A stretch of DNA of 64,000 nucleotides from an uncultured Candidatus Rokubacteria bacterium (GTDB taxonomy: Bacteria; Methylomirabilota; Methylomirabilia; Rokubacteriales; DASRDR01): positions 1,664,001 to 1,728,000 of the forward strand of contig CAWDVE010000010.1 of NCBI GenBank assembly GCA_963805625.1, in the 5' to 3' direction. Under the pieces are notes generated by a model. The model did not search any database and had not been told where the DNA came from. It worked only from the letters and a program-made list of their open reading frames with translations. Below are positions 10,230-19,896 of the stretch, one piece after another. Position 1 is the stretch's first letter, and every line of letters begins with the position of its first letter. The translations under genes were made by a program, and so were the position numbers.

Positions 10230-11447
10230 ATGCGCATCACCGCCCTCGAGACCATCCAGCTCGCCGAGTTCCCCAACCTTTGCTTCGTGCGCCTCCACAC
10301 GGACGCCGGCCTGGTCGGCCTCGGCGAGACCTTCTTCGGCGCTCACGAGGTCGCCGCGTACCTTCACGAGACCGCCGCTCCCCGCCTCCTCGGAAAGGAC
10401 CCGTCGGTCATCGACGGCCTCCGGATCGCCATCCAGCAGTACGTGGGAACCCGGAGCACCGGGGTGGAGGCGCGCGGCAACTCGGCGGTCGACATCGCGC
10501 TCTGGGACCTGGCCGGGAAGGCCGCGGGCCTCCCGGTCGTCCAGCTCCTCGGCGGGCAGACGCGCGAGGCGATCCGCGTCTACAACACCTGCGCGGGCTA
10601 CCGGTACGTGCGAGCGGCGATCGGCGCCAACATCCACAACTGGGGGCTCCCGGCGGTCGAGCGGCGGGACGGCCCCTACGAGGATCTCGACGCCTTCCTC
10701 CACGGGCGCGCGGGAGAGCTCGCCCAGAGCCTTCTCGCGCAGGGCGTGACCGGGATGAAGATGTGGCCCTTCGACGAGTACGCCTTCGCGTCCGGCGGGC
10801 TCAACATCACGGCGGCCGAGCTCGACAAGGGCCTCGAGCCTTTCCGCCAGGTGCGCCGGGCGGTCGGCGACCGCATGGACATGATGGTCGAGCTCCACGG
10901 GCTCTGGAACCTCCCCACCGCTCTCAAGATCGCCCGCGCGTTCGAGTCGGAGGGCTTGAATCCCTACTGGATCGAGGACCCGCTCCGCCCGGACGACATC
11001 GCGAGCCTGGCTCGATTCGCCCAGGGCACGAAGCTCCCGACCACGGCCAGCGAGATGCTCGGCGGCCGCCAGGCCTTCCGGGAGCTCTGCGAGGCTCGGG
11101 CCGCGAGCATCGTCATGCTCGACCTCGGCTGGTGCGGCGGGCTCTCCGAGGGCAAAGCCATCGCCTCCCTGGCGGAGGCCTTCGGGCTCCCCGTCGCGCC
11201 GCACGACTGCACGGGCCCCGTGGTGTGGATGGCGAGCGTCCACCTCTCGCTCAACGCGCCGAACGCCCTCATCCAGGAGACGGTGCGGGCGTTCTTCACC
11301 GGCTGGTACACGGAGCTCGTCTCCGGGTTGCCGGTCGTGGAGAACGGGACCGTGCGTCTCGGGTCGAACCGTCCGGGGCTGGGCGTGGAGCTGCTCCCCG
11401 GTCTCCCCGAGCGTCCCGACGCCACCGTCCGCCGGTCGGCCGCGTAG
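10230..11447 (+). CDS. Mandelate racemase/muconate lactonizing (enolase superfamily) enzyme, acid-sugar dehydratase-like
   Basis: TDAGLVGLGET, DIALWDLAGK, MVELH, WIEDP, ASE, APHDC. Confidence 0.92.
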   Translation: MRITALETIQLAEFPNLCFVRLHTDAGLVGLGETFFGAHEVAAYLHETAAPRLLGKDPSVIDGLRIAIQQYVGTRSTGVEARGNSAVDIALWDLAGKAAGLPVVQLLGGQTREAIRVYNTCAGYRYVRAAIGANIHNWGLPAVERRDGPYEDLDAFLHGRAGELAQSLLAQGVTGMKMWPFDEYAFASGGLNITAAELDKGLEPFRQVRRAVGDRMDMMVELHGLWNLPTALKIARAFESEGLNPYWIEDPLRPDDIASLARFAQGTKLPTTASEMLGGRQAFRELCEARAASIVMLDLGWCGGLSEGKAIASLAEAFGLPVAPHDCTGPVVWMASVHLSLNAPNALIQETVRAFFTGWYTELVSGLPVVENGTVRLGSNRPGLGVELLPGLPERPDATVRRSAA

Positions 11448-11480
11448 CCGGATGACCTGGCTCCGCGCTGGAGACGGATC

Positions 11481-11660
11481 GTGACGTACGAGTGCGCGTT
11501 CTGCGGCGAGGAGAATGAGGTCCTCGTCGACCCTGGGGGAGGCCGTCGCCAGACCTTCACCGAGGACTGCGCGGTCTGCTGCCGGCCCAACCTCATCGCG
11601 CTGGTCGTCGACGAGGATGGCGACGTGGAGCTCCAGGTCACCCAGGAGTACGAGGCGTGA
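11481..11660 (+). CDS. CPXCG-type cysteine-rich small zinc-ribbon protein (59 aa)
   Basis: MTYECAFCGEENEVLVDPGGGRRQTFTEDCAVCCRPN...; GTGA overlap with arfB; below the ORF-track cutoff. Confidence 0.85.
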   Translation: MTYECAFCGEENEVLVDPGGGRRQTFTEDCAVCCRPNLIALVVDEDGDVELQVTQEYEA

Positions 11661-12085
11661 GCGCGATCGTCGTGAGCGAGACCGTCCGGGTCCCGGCGAG
11701 CGCGATCACCGTTCGCGCGACTCGCGCCTCCGGTCCCGGCGGCCAGAACGTGAACAAGGTCGCGACGAAGGTCGATCTCCGGGTCGAGCTCGAGGCGATC
11801 GAGGGGCTGAGCGAGGAGGCCCGGCGCCGCCTTCACGGCCTCGTCGCCCGCCGCCTCGACGCCGACGGCCGCCTCGTGGTGACCAGCCAGCTCACCCGCA
11901 CCCAGTCCCTGAACATCGAGGACGCGCGCGCCAAGGTGCGCGAGCTGATCGCTGCCGCCCTGATCCGGCCGGCCCGGCGCCGCGCCACCCGGCCGACGCG
12001 AGGATCCCGGGAGCAGAGAATCGCCGGCAAGAAGCAGCGCGGCGTCGTCAAGCGCCTGCGCACCAGACCCGGTGACTGGTCCTGA
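11657..12085 (+). CDS. arfB: Alternative ribosome rescue peptidyl-tRNA hydrolase ArfB
   Basis: RASGPGGQNVNKV GGQ motif and basic tail RRATRPTRGS...KKQRG. Confidence 0.95.
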   Translation: MSAIVVSETVRVPASAITVRATRASGPGGQNVNKVATKVDLRVELEAIEGLSEEARRRLHGLVARRLDADGRLVVTSQLTRTQSLNIEDARAKVRELIAAALIRPARRRATRPTRGSREQRIAGKKQRGVVKRLRTRPGDWS

Positions 12086-12258
12086 CCGCGGGCGGAAGAC
12101 GGCCTGGACATGCGAGTGGACGAGATGTGCCGGCGCGTCAGGCTCGCCGACACCGATTGGGTGTTCGCCGGCTCCCGGATTGCGCTAGAGTGACGGCGTT
12201 GGAGACGGTCCGGTCTCAGGCCGCTCGGTAAACCCTCGCGTTCTCGGTGGAGGTCTCC

Positions 12259-12750
12259 GTGCCCGAGCCCCTCGACTTCTGGAGTGCCAGACAGCTCCTC
12301 CAGGCCTACCGCACGAAGACCCTGTCGCCGGTCGAGGCCACCCGGGCCACGCTCTCCCGGATCGACCCCTATCTCCGTGCGGGGGCCGAGGCGGGCCGGA
12401 GCATCACGGCGGCGGCGTATCACGCGGCCCTGATGACCCGTCAGGCCATCGCCGCCCGGATGGAGGCGCTCTACGCGGACCACGACCTCCTCGTGCTGCC
12501 CGGCTTCCACGTCCCGCCTCCGCCGGTGCCGGGCCTGCCCGACGGTCTGCGAGGCAAGGCACCCGCCCTGACGTGCTGAGCGAACCACACCGGTCAGCCG
12601 GTGGCCAGCGTCCCCTGCGGGCTCACGCGAGACGGGTTGCCCATCGGCGTGCAGATCGCGGGGCCGCGCTTCGCCGACGTGCGCGTGCTGCGGGCCGCGC
12701 GCGCCTACGAGTCGGCCCGCGGGCCGTTCCCCCACCCGTCCCTGGCATGA
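12259..12750 (+). pseudogene. Amidase with internal deletion and nonsense codon
   Basis: N-terminus LSPVEATRATLSRID joined directly to the C-terminal third; GGSSGG signature absent; TGA 12577 then NHTGQPVASVPCG...GLPIGVQIAG. Confidence 0.85.
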
Positions 12751-12812
12751 ATCACCCGATCGGTCCGCCCCGTCCGGACCGCTCATTCACGCATCGAACA
12801 GGAGGAGGGAGC

Positions 12813-14417
12813 ATGCGCATCGCCACCGGTACTGCCTGGCATCGGTCCTGGATGGTCCTTGCTGCGGTCCTGTCCCTGACCGTCTTCGCCACCAGCGTCC
12901 CTGCCCAGCCCGTCGCCGGCGGGGACTTCACCTTCGGGTACTCGTCGAGCTTCGTCGACATCCTCGACCCGCACGTGACCTCCCAGTCGATCAGCCACTT
13001 CATCATGCTGAACATCTTCGACCCGCTGGTGTCCTTGCGGGCCGACGGCCAGGTCTTCCCCGGGCTCGCTGAGTCCTGGACGTCCACCCCGGACGGACTC
13101 GTCTGGATCTTCAAGCTCAAGCCCGGCGTCAAGTTCCACGACGGCACGCCGCTCAATGCCGAGGCCGTCAAGTTCAGCTTCGACCGGATGGTCGATCCGG
13201 AGACCAAGTCCCGCCAGGCCGGGGTCGCCCTCCGGGGCTTCTACGACCGGAGCGAAGTGGTGGACGCGACGACCGTGCGGATCGTCCTCAAGAAGCCGAA
13301 GGCGTCCTTCCTGACCGTGATCAGCCAGGTCTTCTTCGCGCCCGTCTCTCCCAAGGCCGTCAAGGAGCTCGGGGCGGAGTTCGGCCGCCAGCCGGTCGGC
13401 ACCGGGCCCTTCAAGTTCGTGGAGTGGGTGCAGAACCAGCACGTGAAGCTCGCCCGCAACCCGGACTACAACTGGGGCGCGTCCTATCTCCACAAGGGGC
13501 CGGCGCACTTTGCCACCCTCACCTTCCGTCAGATTCCCGACGCCGGCGCCCGGCTCGCCGCGCTGGAGTCCGGGCAGGTGGACGCGATCGACCTGCCGCC
13601 GACGCATCAGATCCAGCGTCTGAAGGCCGATCCGCGGTTCCAGGTGAAGAGCGCGGCGCAGCCGGGCATGCCGTGGGGCTGGCCGATGAACACGAAGCGC
13701 GCACCCACGACGGACCTCAAGGTGCGCCAGGCGATGATCTACGCCCTCGACCGTGAGGGACTGGTGCGGAGCGTGCACCAGGGCACCTTCAAGCCCGCCT
13801 ACGGCCCACTGACGCCGGCGACGTTCGGCTACAACCCGGCGGTCGAGAAGATGTACCCCTACGACCCCCGCAAGGCGGAGGCGCTCCTGGACGAGGCAGG
13901 CTGGAAGAAGGGCGCGGACGGCATGCGGGCCAAGGACGGCACCCCGCTGGTCATCGAGCACTACGTCTTCTACACGACGGCCGAGGCCGAGTTCGTCCAG
14001 GCCGACTTCCGGAAGGTGGGGATCAAGACGAACATCTCCCTGCAGGAGGTCGGGACCGTCAACCAGGTAGCCACCGAGGGGGTCAAGAACAACCTCGCCC
14101 CGCTGCCCTTCGCCTCCCTGGACCCCGAGCTGATGTCGATCCTGTTCCACTCCCGCAACCAGGGAAAGGGCTTCGCCTGGACCTTCCAGAACATCAAGCA
14201 GATCGACGACCTGCTGGACCAGGGCGAGATGGAGCTGGACCCCAAGAAGCGGGCGGAGATCTACGGTCGCTTCCAGGTCCTCGCGATGGAGAACGCGCTC
14301 TTCCTGCCGGCGTTCGTCCGGGAGACCATCCACGTCTACCGGAGCCAGGTGCAGGACGTCCAGTTCAACCGGCGGGGCTACGACGCGTACTTCGCCGAGA
14401 TGTGGCTGAAGAAGTAG
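12813..14417 (+). CDS. Peptide/nickel ABC transporter substrate-binding protein (family 5)
   Basis: Signal peptide, PGLAESW, VKFHDGTPLNAEAVKFS, PVGTGPF; RBS GGAGG. Confidence 0.93.
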   Translation: MRIATGTAWHRSWMVLAAVLSLTVFATSVPAQPVAGGDFTFGYSSSFVDILDPHVTSQSISHFIMLNIFDPLVSLRADGQVFPGLAESWTSTPDGLVWIFKLKPGVKFHDGTPLNAEAVKFSFDRMVDPETKSRQAGVALRGFYDRSEVVDATTVRIVLKKPKASFLTVISQVFFAPVSPKAVKELGAEFGRQPVGTGPFKFVEWVQNQHVKLARNPDYNWGASYLHKGPAHFATLTFRQIPDAGARLAALESGQVDAIDLPPTHQIQRLKADPRFQVKSAAQPGMPWGWPMNTKRAPTTDLKVRQAMIYALDREGLVRSVHQGTFKPAYGPLTPATFGYNPAVEKMYPYDPRKAEALLDEAGWKKGADGMRAKDGTPLVIEHYVFYTTAEAEFVQADFRKVGIKTNISLQEVGTVNQVATEGVKNNLAPLPFASLDPELMSILFHSRNQGKGFAWTFQNIKQIDDLLDQGEMELDPKKRAEIYGRFQVLAMENALFLPAFVRETIHVYRSQVQDVQFNRRGYDAYFAEMWLKK

Positions 14418-14502
14418 CCTCGCGGCCGGCCGGACCCAGGCCGGGAGCCGGGTGATGCATCCGGCCCCCCGGCTCCCGCGCCGGGGGGCCGTCTAGGAAC
14501 TC

Positions 14503-15432
14503 GTGGCCCGCTTTCTCGCCTGGCGACTGGCCGCCACCCTGTTCGTCCTGCTCGGGGTGGCGGCCGCCGTGTTCACGCTCATGAACACGCTTCCCGGCGA
14601 TCCCGCCACCATGCTGGTGTCCCACTTCGGCGCCTCGGCCAAGGACATCGAGATCCTGCGCGAGCAGCTCGGCCTGAACGACCCGTTCCTGGTCCGGTTC
14701 GTACGCTTCCTCGGGGGCGCGCTCCGGGGGGATCTCGGCAAGTCGTTCCAGCAGAACCGCCCGGTGGCGCGCATCCTGCTCGAGAACACGTGGCCGACCG
14801 TCCAGCTGGCCCTGGTGTCGGTGGGACTGGCCACCGTGATCGGCGTGCTCGCCGGGGTGGCCGCGGCCGTGCGCCGCGGCCGCTGGGCAGACTTCCTGAC
14901 CATGCTGGTCTCCCTCGTCGGCATCTCGATGCCCGGGTTCTGGCTCGGGCTCATGCTGATGCTGGTGTTCGCCGTCCAGCTGCGATGGCTTCCCGCGCTG
15001 GGCGGCCAGGGCTGGTCGGGCATGGCGCTGCCGGCCCTCACGCTGGCGCTCCCGGCCGCGGCGACGGTCGCGCGGCTCACGCGCTCGAGCATGCTGGAGG
15101 TGCTGGGCGAGGACTACCTGCGCTCTGCGCGGGCGAAGGGGCTGCCCGAGCGCACCGTCATCTACCGTCACGCGCTGCGGAACGCGCTGATCGCGATCAT
15201 CACGTTCGTCGGACTGCAGTTCGGCCTGCTGCTGGGCGGAAGCGTCGTCGTGGAGTCGCTCTTCTCCCGCCAGGGGCTGGGGCAGCTCGTCGTAGCCGCC
15301 GTGTTCGCCCGCGACATCCCCATCGTCCAGGGCTGGTGTTTGCTGATCGCCGCCACCTACAGCCTGGTGAACCTGGCGGTCGATCTCTCCTACGCGCTGG
15401 TCAACCCGAGGATTCGCTACGATACCCGGTAG
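14503..15432 (+). CDS. ABC permease, DppB/OppB-type
   Basis: PGDPA, EAA loop DYLRSARAKGL, NPRIR end. Confidence 0.93.
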   Translation: MARFLAWRLAATLFVLLGVAAAVFTLMNTLPGDPATMLVSHFGASAKDIEILREQLGLNDPFLVRFVRFLGGALRGDLGKSFQQNRPVARILLENTWPTVQLALVSVGLATVIGVLAGVAAAVRRGRWADFLTMLVSLVGISMPGFWLGLMLMLVFAVQLRWLPALGGQGWSGMALPALTLALPAAATVARLTRSSMLEVLGEDYLRSARAKGLPERTVIYRHALRNALIAIITFVGLQFGLLLGGSVVVESLFSRQGLGQLVVAAVFARDIPIVQGWCLLIAATYSLVNLAVDLSYALVNPRIRYDTR

Positions 15433-15520
15433 CGACGCCCAGAGTCCTCCGCCCCCCCGCGCCTCGGCCTACCCCGAGCTCCGACGCTTCCTGCGCCACA
15501 AGGGCGCGGTCACGGGCAGT

Positions 15521-16297
15521 GTGCTGCTGCTCGTCCTGATCGCGATGGCGGTGGCCGCCCCCTGGCTCGCGCCCTACGACCCGATCGCCCAGGATCAGCG
15601 GGCGTCTCTGCGCGCCCCCGGCTCGGCCCACCTCCTGGGGACCGACGTCTTCGGACGGGATATCCTGACCCGCGTGATCTGGGGCGGACGCCAATCGCTT
15701 CGCGTCGGGTTGCTCGCGGTCGCCGTAGGCGGCGTGCCCGGAACGGTCCTCGGGCTGCTGGCCGGCTTCTACCGCGGCTGGACCGGCACGGTCGTCCTCC
15801 GGCTCACCGACCTCCTGCTCGCCCTCCCCGGCATCCTGCTCGCCCTGACCATCGTGGCAGCCACCGGGCCCAGCCTCGAGAACCTCATCGTGGCGGTCGG
15901 TGTCTCCTCAATGCCGGCCTATGTACGCGTCGTCAACGGCGCGGTGCTGGACGTGACGACGCGAACGTTCATCGAGGCGAGCCGCGCCTCGGGCGCTGCG
16001 GATCTGCGGGTGCTGGGTCGCCACGTGGTGCCCAACGTGCTGGCGCCGATCATCGTGCTCAGCACGCTCGGTCTCGGCAACGCCCTCCTCGTCGCGGCCA
16101 CGCTGAGCTTCCTCGGCCTGGGCGCGCAGCCGCCGACCCCCGAGTGGGGCGCCATGCTCAGTCAGGGCCGGGAGTTCATCTTTGGTTATTGGTGGATCGC
16201 CACCTTCCCCGGCGTCGCGATCCTGCTGGCGGTGATCGGCGCCAACCTGCTCGGCGAGGGGATGCGCGATCTCCTGGATCCCCGGCTCCGGGTGTAG
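15521..16297 (+). CDS. ABC permease, DppC/OppC-type (frame open back to about 15419, so the start may be earlier)
   Basis: HLLGTDVFGRD, FIEASRASGA, PPTPEWG, DPRLR. Confidence 0.92.
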   Translation: MLLLVLIAMAVAAPWLAPYDPIAQDQRASLRAPGSAHLLGTDVFGRDILTRVIWGGRQSLRVGLLAVAVGGVPGTVLGLLAGFYRGWTGTVVLRLTDLLLALPGILLALTIVAATGPSLENLIVAVGVSSMPAYVRVVNGAVLDVTTRTFIEASRASGAADLRVLGRHVVPNVLAPIIVLSTLGLGNALLVAATLSFLGLGAQPPTPEWGAMLSQGREFIFGYWWIATFPGVAILLAVIGANLLGEGMRDLLDPRLRV

Positions 16298-16317
16298 CGA
16301 TGACGAGGACCTGACCC

Positions 16318-16570
16318 ATGCGCATCGTGATCGGGCCCCTCCCGTGGACCCCGGCGGGGCCATCCGTCCTCATCACGGCCGGCAACCGGGGCGAGCTCCT
16401 GCCTGCGCAGTTCGATCGCTTCGCCCGCCTGGGCGACGGCATCATCACGACGTACGTCGAGACCGCAGAGTGCCATGTCGTGCGCGAGCTCGGCGACGAG
16501 GCGCTGGCGCGTCATGGCCGCGCGCTGCCGGGCTTCCCGCTCTGCGTCTACACGACGGTGCGGCTGGTCG
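16318..16570 (+). pseudogene. Fragment of an LLM-class flavin-dependent oxidoreductase
   Basis: PLPWTPAGPSVLITAG...RFARLGDGII resembles the LLM mid-region; fused to an MRIVI start; no intact C-terminus. Confidence 0.5.
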
Positions 16571-16730
16571 GCGAGCCGACTGGAAGCCGCGCCGAGCGGG
16601 ACGAGCCGGTGGCCGGGTGGGATCCAGCAATGCCCGCGCCTGGCTCACGACGAAGCTCGAGAGCGGGATGTCGCGCGGGGCGATACCTCTCTCACGCCCG
16701 GGGATCGGGCCGCCGCGACCAAGCTCGCCA

Positions 16731-17924
16731 TCAGGGCCTGAGCCGACGGAGAGCCGCACCGACTCGATCAATTGCGAACTGGCGGTCTTGGAGAAGCGCG
16801 TCGTGCCGTTCCTGAAGCTCACTCAAGGAACGCGCGAGGGCCTCCCTGTCCCGGAGCAAGGCTGCATGGGCTATCTCGAGCCTCACCAAGACTTGGCTCT
16901 TCGCGTCAAGCTCCTGACTCGTTCGCACGAGGGCGGCTCGGTTTTCCTGGAGGTCGCCGGCGAGACGTTCGATCTCGGACCGTCGCTCGAGTCGCTCGCG
17001 CAGCAGCGCCTCGACCGCGTCGACCCGACGCTCCCAGCTCCGGGCAAGCTGCCGAATGACCTCCATCTTCGTTCGGATGACATCAAGCGCGGTTCCCGGC
17101 TTTTCCCGCTCGCCGCCCCCCCGGTCACCGCATCCGATCGGGACGTTCGCGTCCTGTTCGGGAGCGCGGGCGGACGGCATCACTCGCTCCATCGCATCCT
17201 GTGCTGTCCCTTCGCGCCTTGCGACCATAGGCGGGTGAAGGGACCCGAGGTCTCCGCGCTCTCCGTAGAGCCGCGAGAGCGCCCGTTCCAGCGCATCAGC
17301 CGTGGCCGTGGCCACGTCGATCCGATACCCGGTGCACGAGCGTACCTCGGCGACGACCTCGGCGTCGGTCGGATCATCCATGGCCAGGACAATCCGGTCA
17401 TCGGCCTTGGCTATCGGCATCGCCCGGTGGTGGCGTGCGTAACGCTCGCTGATCAGAGCCGTGAGGCCTGGATCGATTGACCGGCGGTCGAGATCGACAA
17501 ACGCGACCCTGAGCTGGATGCTGAGCGCGTGCTTGAACTGCCGCTCGGTGATGTACCCGAGCTCGATCAGAGTCTCGCCCAGCGGGGAGCCGGTACGCCT
17601 CTGGCAGGCGAGCGCAGTCTCGAGCTGAGCCGACGTGAGGAGATTCGTCTCGATCAGGATGTCACCGAGCAGGTGCTCTCGCCGGTACTTGCCGAGGACG
17701 GCGTTGAGCTCGTGCGGCGTGATCAGCTTCCGGTCGACGAGCATCTGTCCGAGCAGCGGGCGTGGCTCGGTCTGCTGTTGGAGTGCCAGCACCTGTTCGA
17801 GCTGAGTCTGGTTGATCAGTCTGTCCTTGACCAGCAGTCCACCGAGAAAGGGATGGCGGCGCGGACGGGCGCCGTGGATAGCTGTCGAGGCTCCCCGGGT
17901 GGCGTTCAGCTCCGCTACGTTCAT
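16731..17924 (-). CDS. MshEN (T2SSE_N) repeat protein with C-terminal coiled coil and no ATPase domain
   Basis: Four xLGxxLxxxxLI/LL...L repeats, then LAMDDP T2SSE_N segment and a heptad-rich tail; RBS GGAGGAG. Confidence 0.8.
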   Translation of the reverse strand: MNVAELNATRGASTAIHGARPRRHPFLGGLLVKDRLINQTQLEQVLALQQQTEPRPLLGQMLVDRKLITPHELNAVLGKYRREHLLGDILIETNLLTSAQLETALACQRRTGSPLGETLIELGYITERQFKHALSIQLRVAFVDLDRRSIDPGLTALISERYARHHRAMPIAKADDRIVLAMDDPTDAEVVAEVRSCTGYRIDVATATADALERALSRLYGERGDLGSLHPPMVARREGTAQDAMERVMPSARAPEQDANVPIGCGDRGGGEREKPGTALDVIRTKMEVIRQLARSWERRVDAVEALLRERLERRSEIERLAGDLQENRAALVRTSQELDAKSQVLVRLEIAHAALLRDREALARSLSELQERHDALLQDRQFAIDRVGAALRRLRP

Positions 17925-18221
17925 CACGTTCTCCTCCACCGACACGGGCCACCTGACGGGTCGAAGGGCCCGGCCCCAGCGAGGACGGCTCTGGGACTTA
18001 GAATTGTACGGGAGAGGGGGGGTCCAGACCGCAATCCGCGTCGCGGTCACGATCCGCATTACTTCGCAATCACTTACGGGCTCCGGGCCGCCGACCTCGG
18101 AGCACCTCGCGAGGGCAAGGACGGCGAGAGAACGTGTCACCGTCGGCCTTCCCCAGGGCTCCAAGATCCCGGGCAAACGGCGAGGAGTGGCTCGGAGGGG
18201 CGCGGCCCCGCGCTCCTCGCC

Positions 18222-18647
18222 TCAGCAATCCGTGGAGGAGCCGGCCGAGCGCCGGCACGCCTCCAGCAAGTCCGGAAAGTGAGACACGACGGCCGCCCGG
18301 GCTCGAGCGTAACCGTCACTCACGGCCGGGACCTCGGCCCACTGCTCCACGGGAACCCCGGGCGGGGCCATCTCGCTGACGTCGCACCCGAAAGCGATGA
18401 CGCGCGAGGCCCCGGCCAGATCCTCCGGCCGGAGGGCGCGCGGCCGCTCCTCACGGACATCGAGCCCCTCGGCCAGCAGGCCATGCGCGGCTGCCGACGA
18501 GACCTCCGGGTCCGGTTCGATACCACGCGCGACGGCCTCGACCGGCACCCGGGCGCGTGTGGCCTCCTGTCCGAAGAGTGCGGCGGCCAGCACGCTCTTC
18601 GCGGCCCCATGCAGACAGACGAACACGACCTTCGCGGTTGTCGCCAT
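18222..18647 (-). CDS. LMW-PTP/ArsC-fold protein with variant P-loop
   Basis: VVFVCLHGAAKSVLAAA (CX5K-S instead of CX5R-S); downstream of chrA. Confidence 0.75.
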   Translation of the reverse strand: MATTAKVVFVCLHGAAKSVLAAALFGQEATRARVPVEAVARGIEPDPEVSSAAAHGLLAEGLDVREERPRALRPEDLAGASRVIAFGCDVSEMAPPGVPVEQWAEVPAVSDGYARARAAVVSHFPDLLEACRRSAGSSTDC

Positions 18648-18696
18648 GACATGCCTCCCAGTCAAGACGGTTTGAAGTCCAACGCCCCCGTCCGCC

Positions 18697-19827
18697 TCAC
18701 GACCCTCCTCGTAGCGACACGAGGACCAGCCCCGCCAGCGCGCCGCCGATGATCAGGAAGGGTTCCGGCACCCTGTAGCGCCAGCTGAGCCCGAGCGCGA
18801 GCCCGGCGATGCACAGCGTGGGGACGTCGACGACCGCGCGCCGGGCCAGGACGACGCAGGCACCGGCGATCGCCCCGGAGGCGGCAGCAGTCACCCCCGT
18901 CACGAACGCCTTGACCTGGGGATTCTCGTTGATCCGATCGAACCATCGAAAGGGAACGACCACAAAAAGGTACACGGGCAGGAAGACTCCGATCGACGCG
19001 GCCACCGCGCCCGGGAACTGCGCGACCAGGTAGCCGATGAATGCCACCGTGATCACGACAGGCCCCGGCGTCAGCATGGCCACGGCCACGGCGTCGAGGA
19101 ACTGGCGATCGTTCAGCCAGGCATGCTCCTGGACCACTCCGCCGTAGAGAAAGGGGACGATCGCGAGCCCGCTCCCGAAGACGAAGGCGCCCGCCTTCGT
19201 GAAGAACCACGCCAGCTGCACCAGCACGCCCGGCACCGCCACGCTGAGACAGGCGGTGGAGGTCCACCGGAGCCAGGCGGGCGGGGCGTGGACGAGCCAG
19301 TACGCCACGCCGCAGAGAACGAAGAGGGCGGCGATCTCCGACTCGGTCCACGCTGTCACGATCCCCATCACGGCGAAGATCACCCATTGCACGCGGTCCC
19401 GGGCCAGCGTCAGCGTCGCGAGCTTCCACGCGGCCCGGACGATGATCCCGATCACGGTGGCGCCCACGCCGTAGAAGGCCGCCTGCATCCAGGTCAGCCC
19501 GCCGTACCGCACGTAGAGCCAGCCGATGCCGACCGTCATCACGAACGAGGGCAGGATGAAGGCGAGGGCGACGAGGGTAGCGCCCCGCACCCGGGAGTGG
19601 ATGTACCCGAGGCAGATCGCAAGCTGGGCGGCGAGGGGTCCGGGGGCGAGCTGGGAGAGTGCGAGGGACTTCAGATACTCCTCCCGCGTGAACCAGCCTC
19701 GGCGCTCGACCAGGTCGCGCTGCATGTAGCCCACCAGCGCCACGGGCCCCCCGAAGCCCAGGCTGCCCAGATAGAGGAAGTACCGGAGCAAGGCCGGCGC
19801 CGATGGTCGCTGTAGCGTCTGTTGCAT
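18697..19827 (-). CDS. chrA: Long-chain chromate efflux transporter ChrA
   Basis: GSLGFGGP, LSQLAPGP, GAFVFGSG, AMLTPGP: two CHR domains. Confidence 0.95.
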   Translation of the reverse strand: MQQTLQRPSAPALLRYFLYLGSLGFGGPVALVGYMQRDLVERRGWFTREEYLKSLALSQLAPGPLAAQLAICLGYIHSRVRGATLVALAFILPSFVMTVGIGWLYVRYGGLTWMQAAFYGVGATVIGIIVRAAWKLATLTLARDRVQWVIFAVMGIVTAWTESEIAALFVLCGVAYWLVHAPPAWLRWTSTACLSVAVPGVLVQLAWFFTKAGAFVFGSGLAIVPFLYGGVVQEHAWLNDRQFLDAVAVAMLTPGPVVITVAFIGYLVAQFPGAVAASIGVFLPVYLFVVVPFRWFDRINENPQVKAFVTGVTAAASGAIAGACVVLARRAVVDVPTLCIAGLALGLSWRYRVPEPFLIIGGALAGLVLVSLRGGS

Positions 19828-19884
19828 TCCTCTTGACCTCACGTTGCGCTCGATGATATACGAGATGCAACGTACGATGCAAGA
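19821..19884. promoter_or_regulatory. Putative ChrB operator in the divergent chrA/chrB promoter
   Basis: Inverted repeat ACGTTGC(19841)...GCAACGT(19867), extra half sites GTTGCAT and ATGCAAG, TTGACC at 19833. Confidence 0.6.
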
Positions 19885-19896
19885 GGAGAAGCGTCT

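Noticed and set aside
12577-12579. In-frame TGA in the amidase as a third selenocysteine
   Set aside because: The gene has already lost its catalytic core, the position is not a catalytic Cys (probably TGG to TGA), and no clear SECIS hairpin follows
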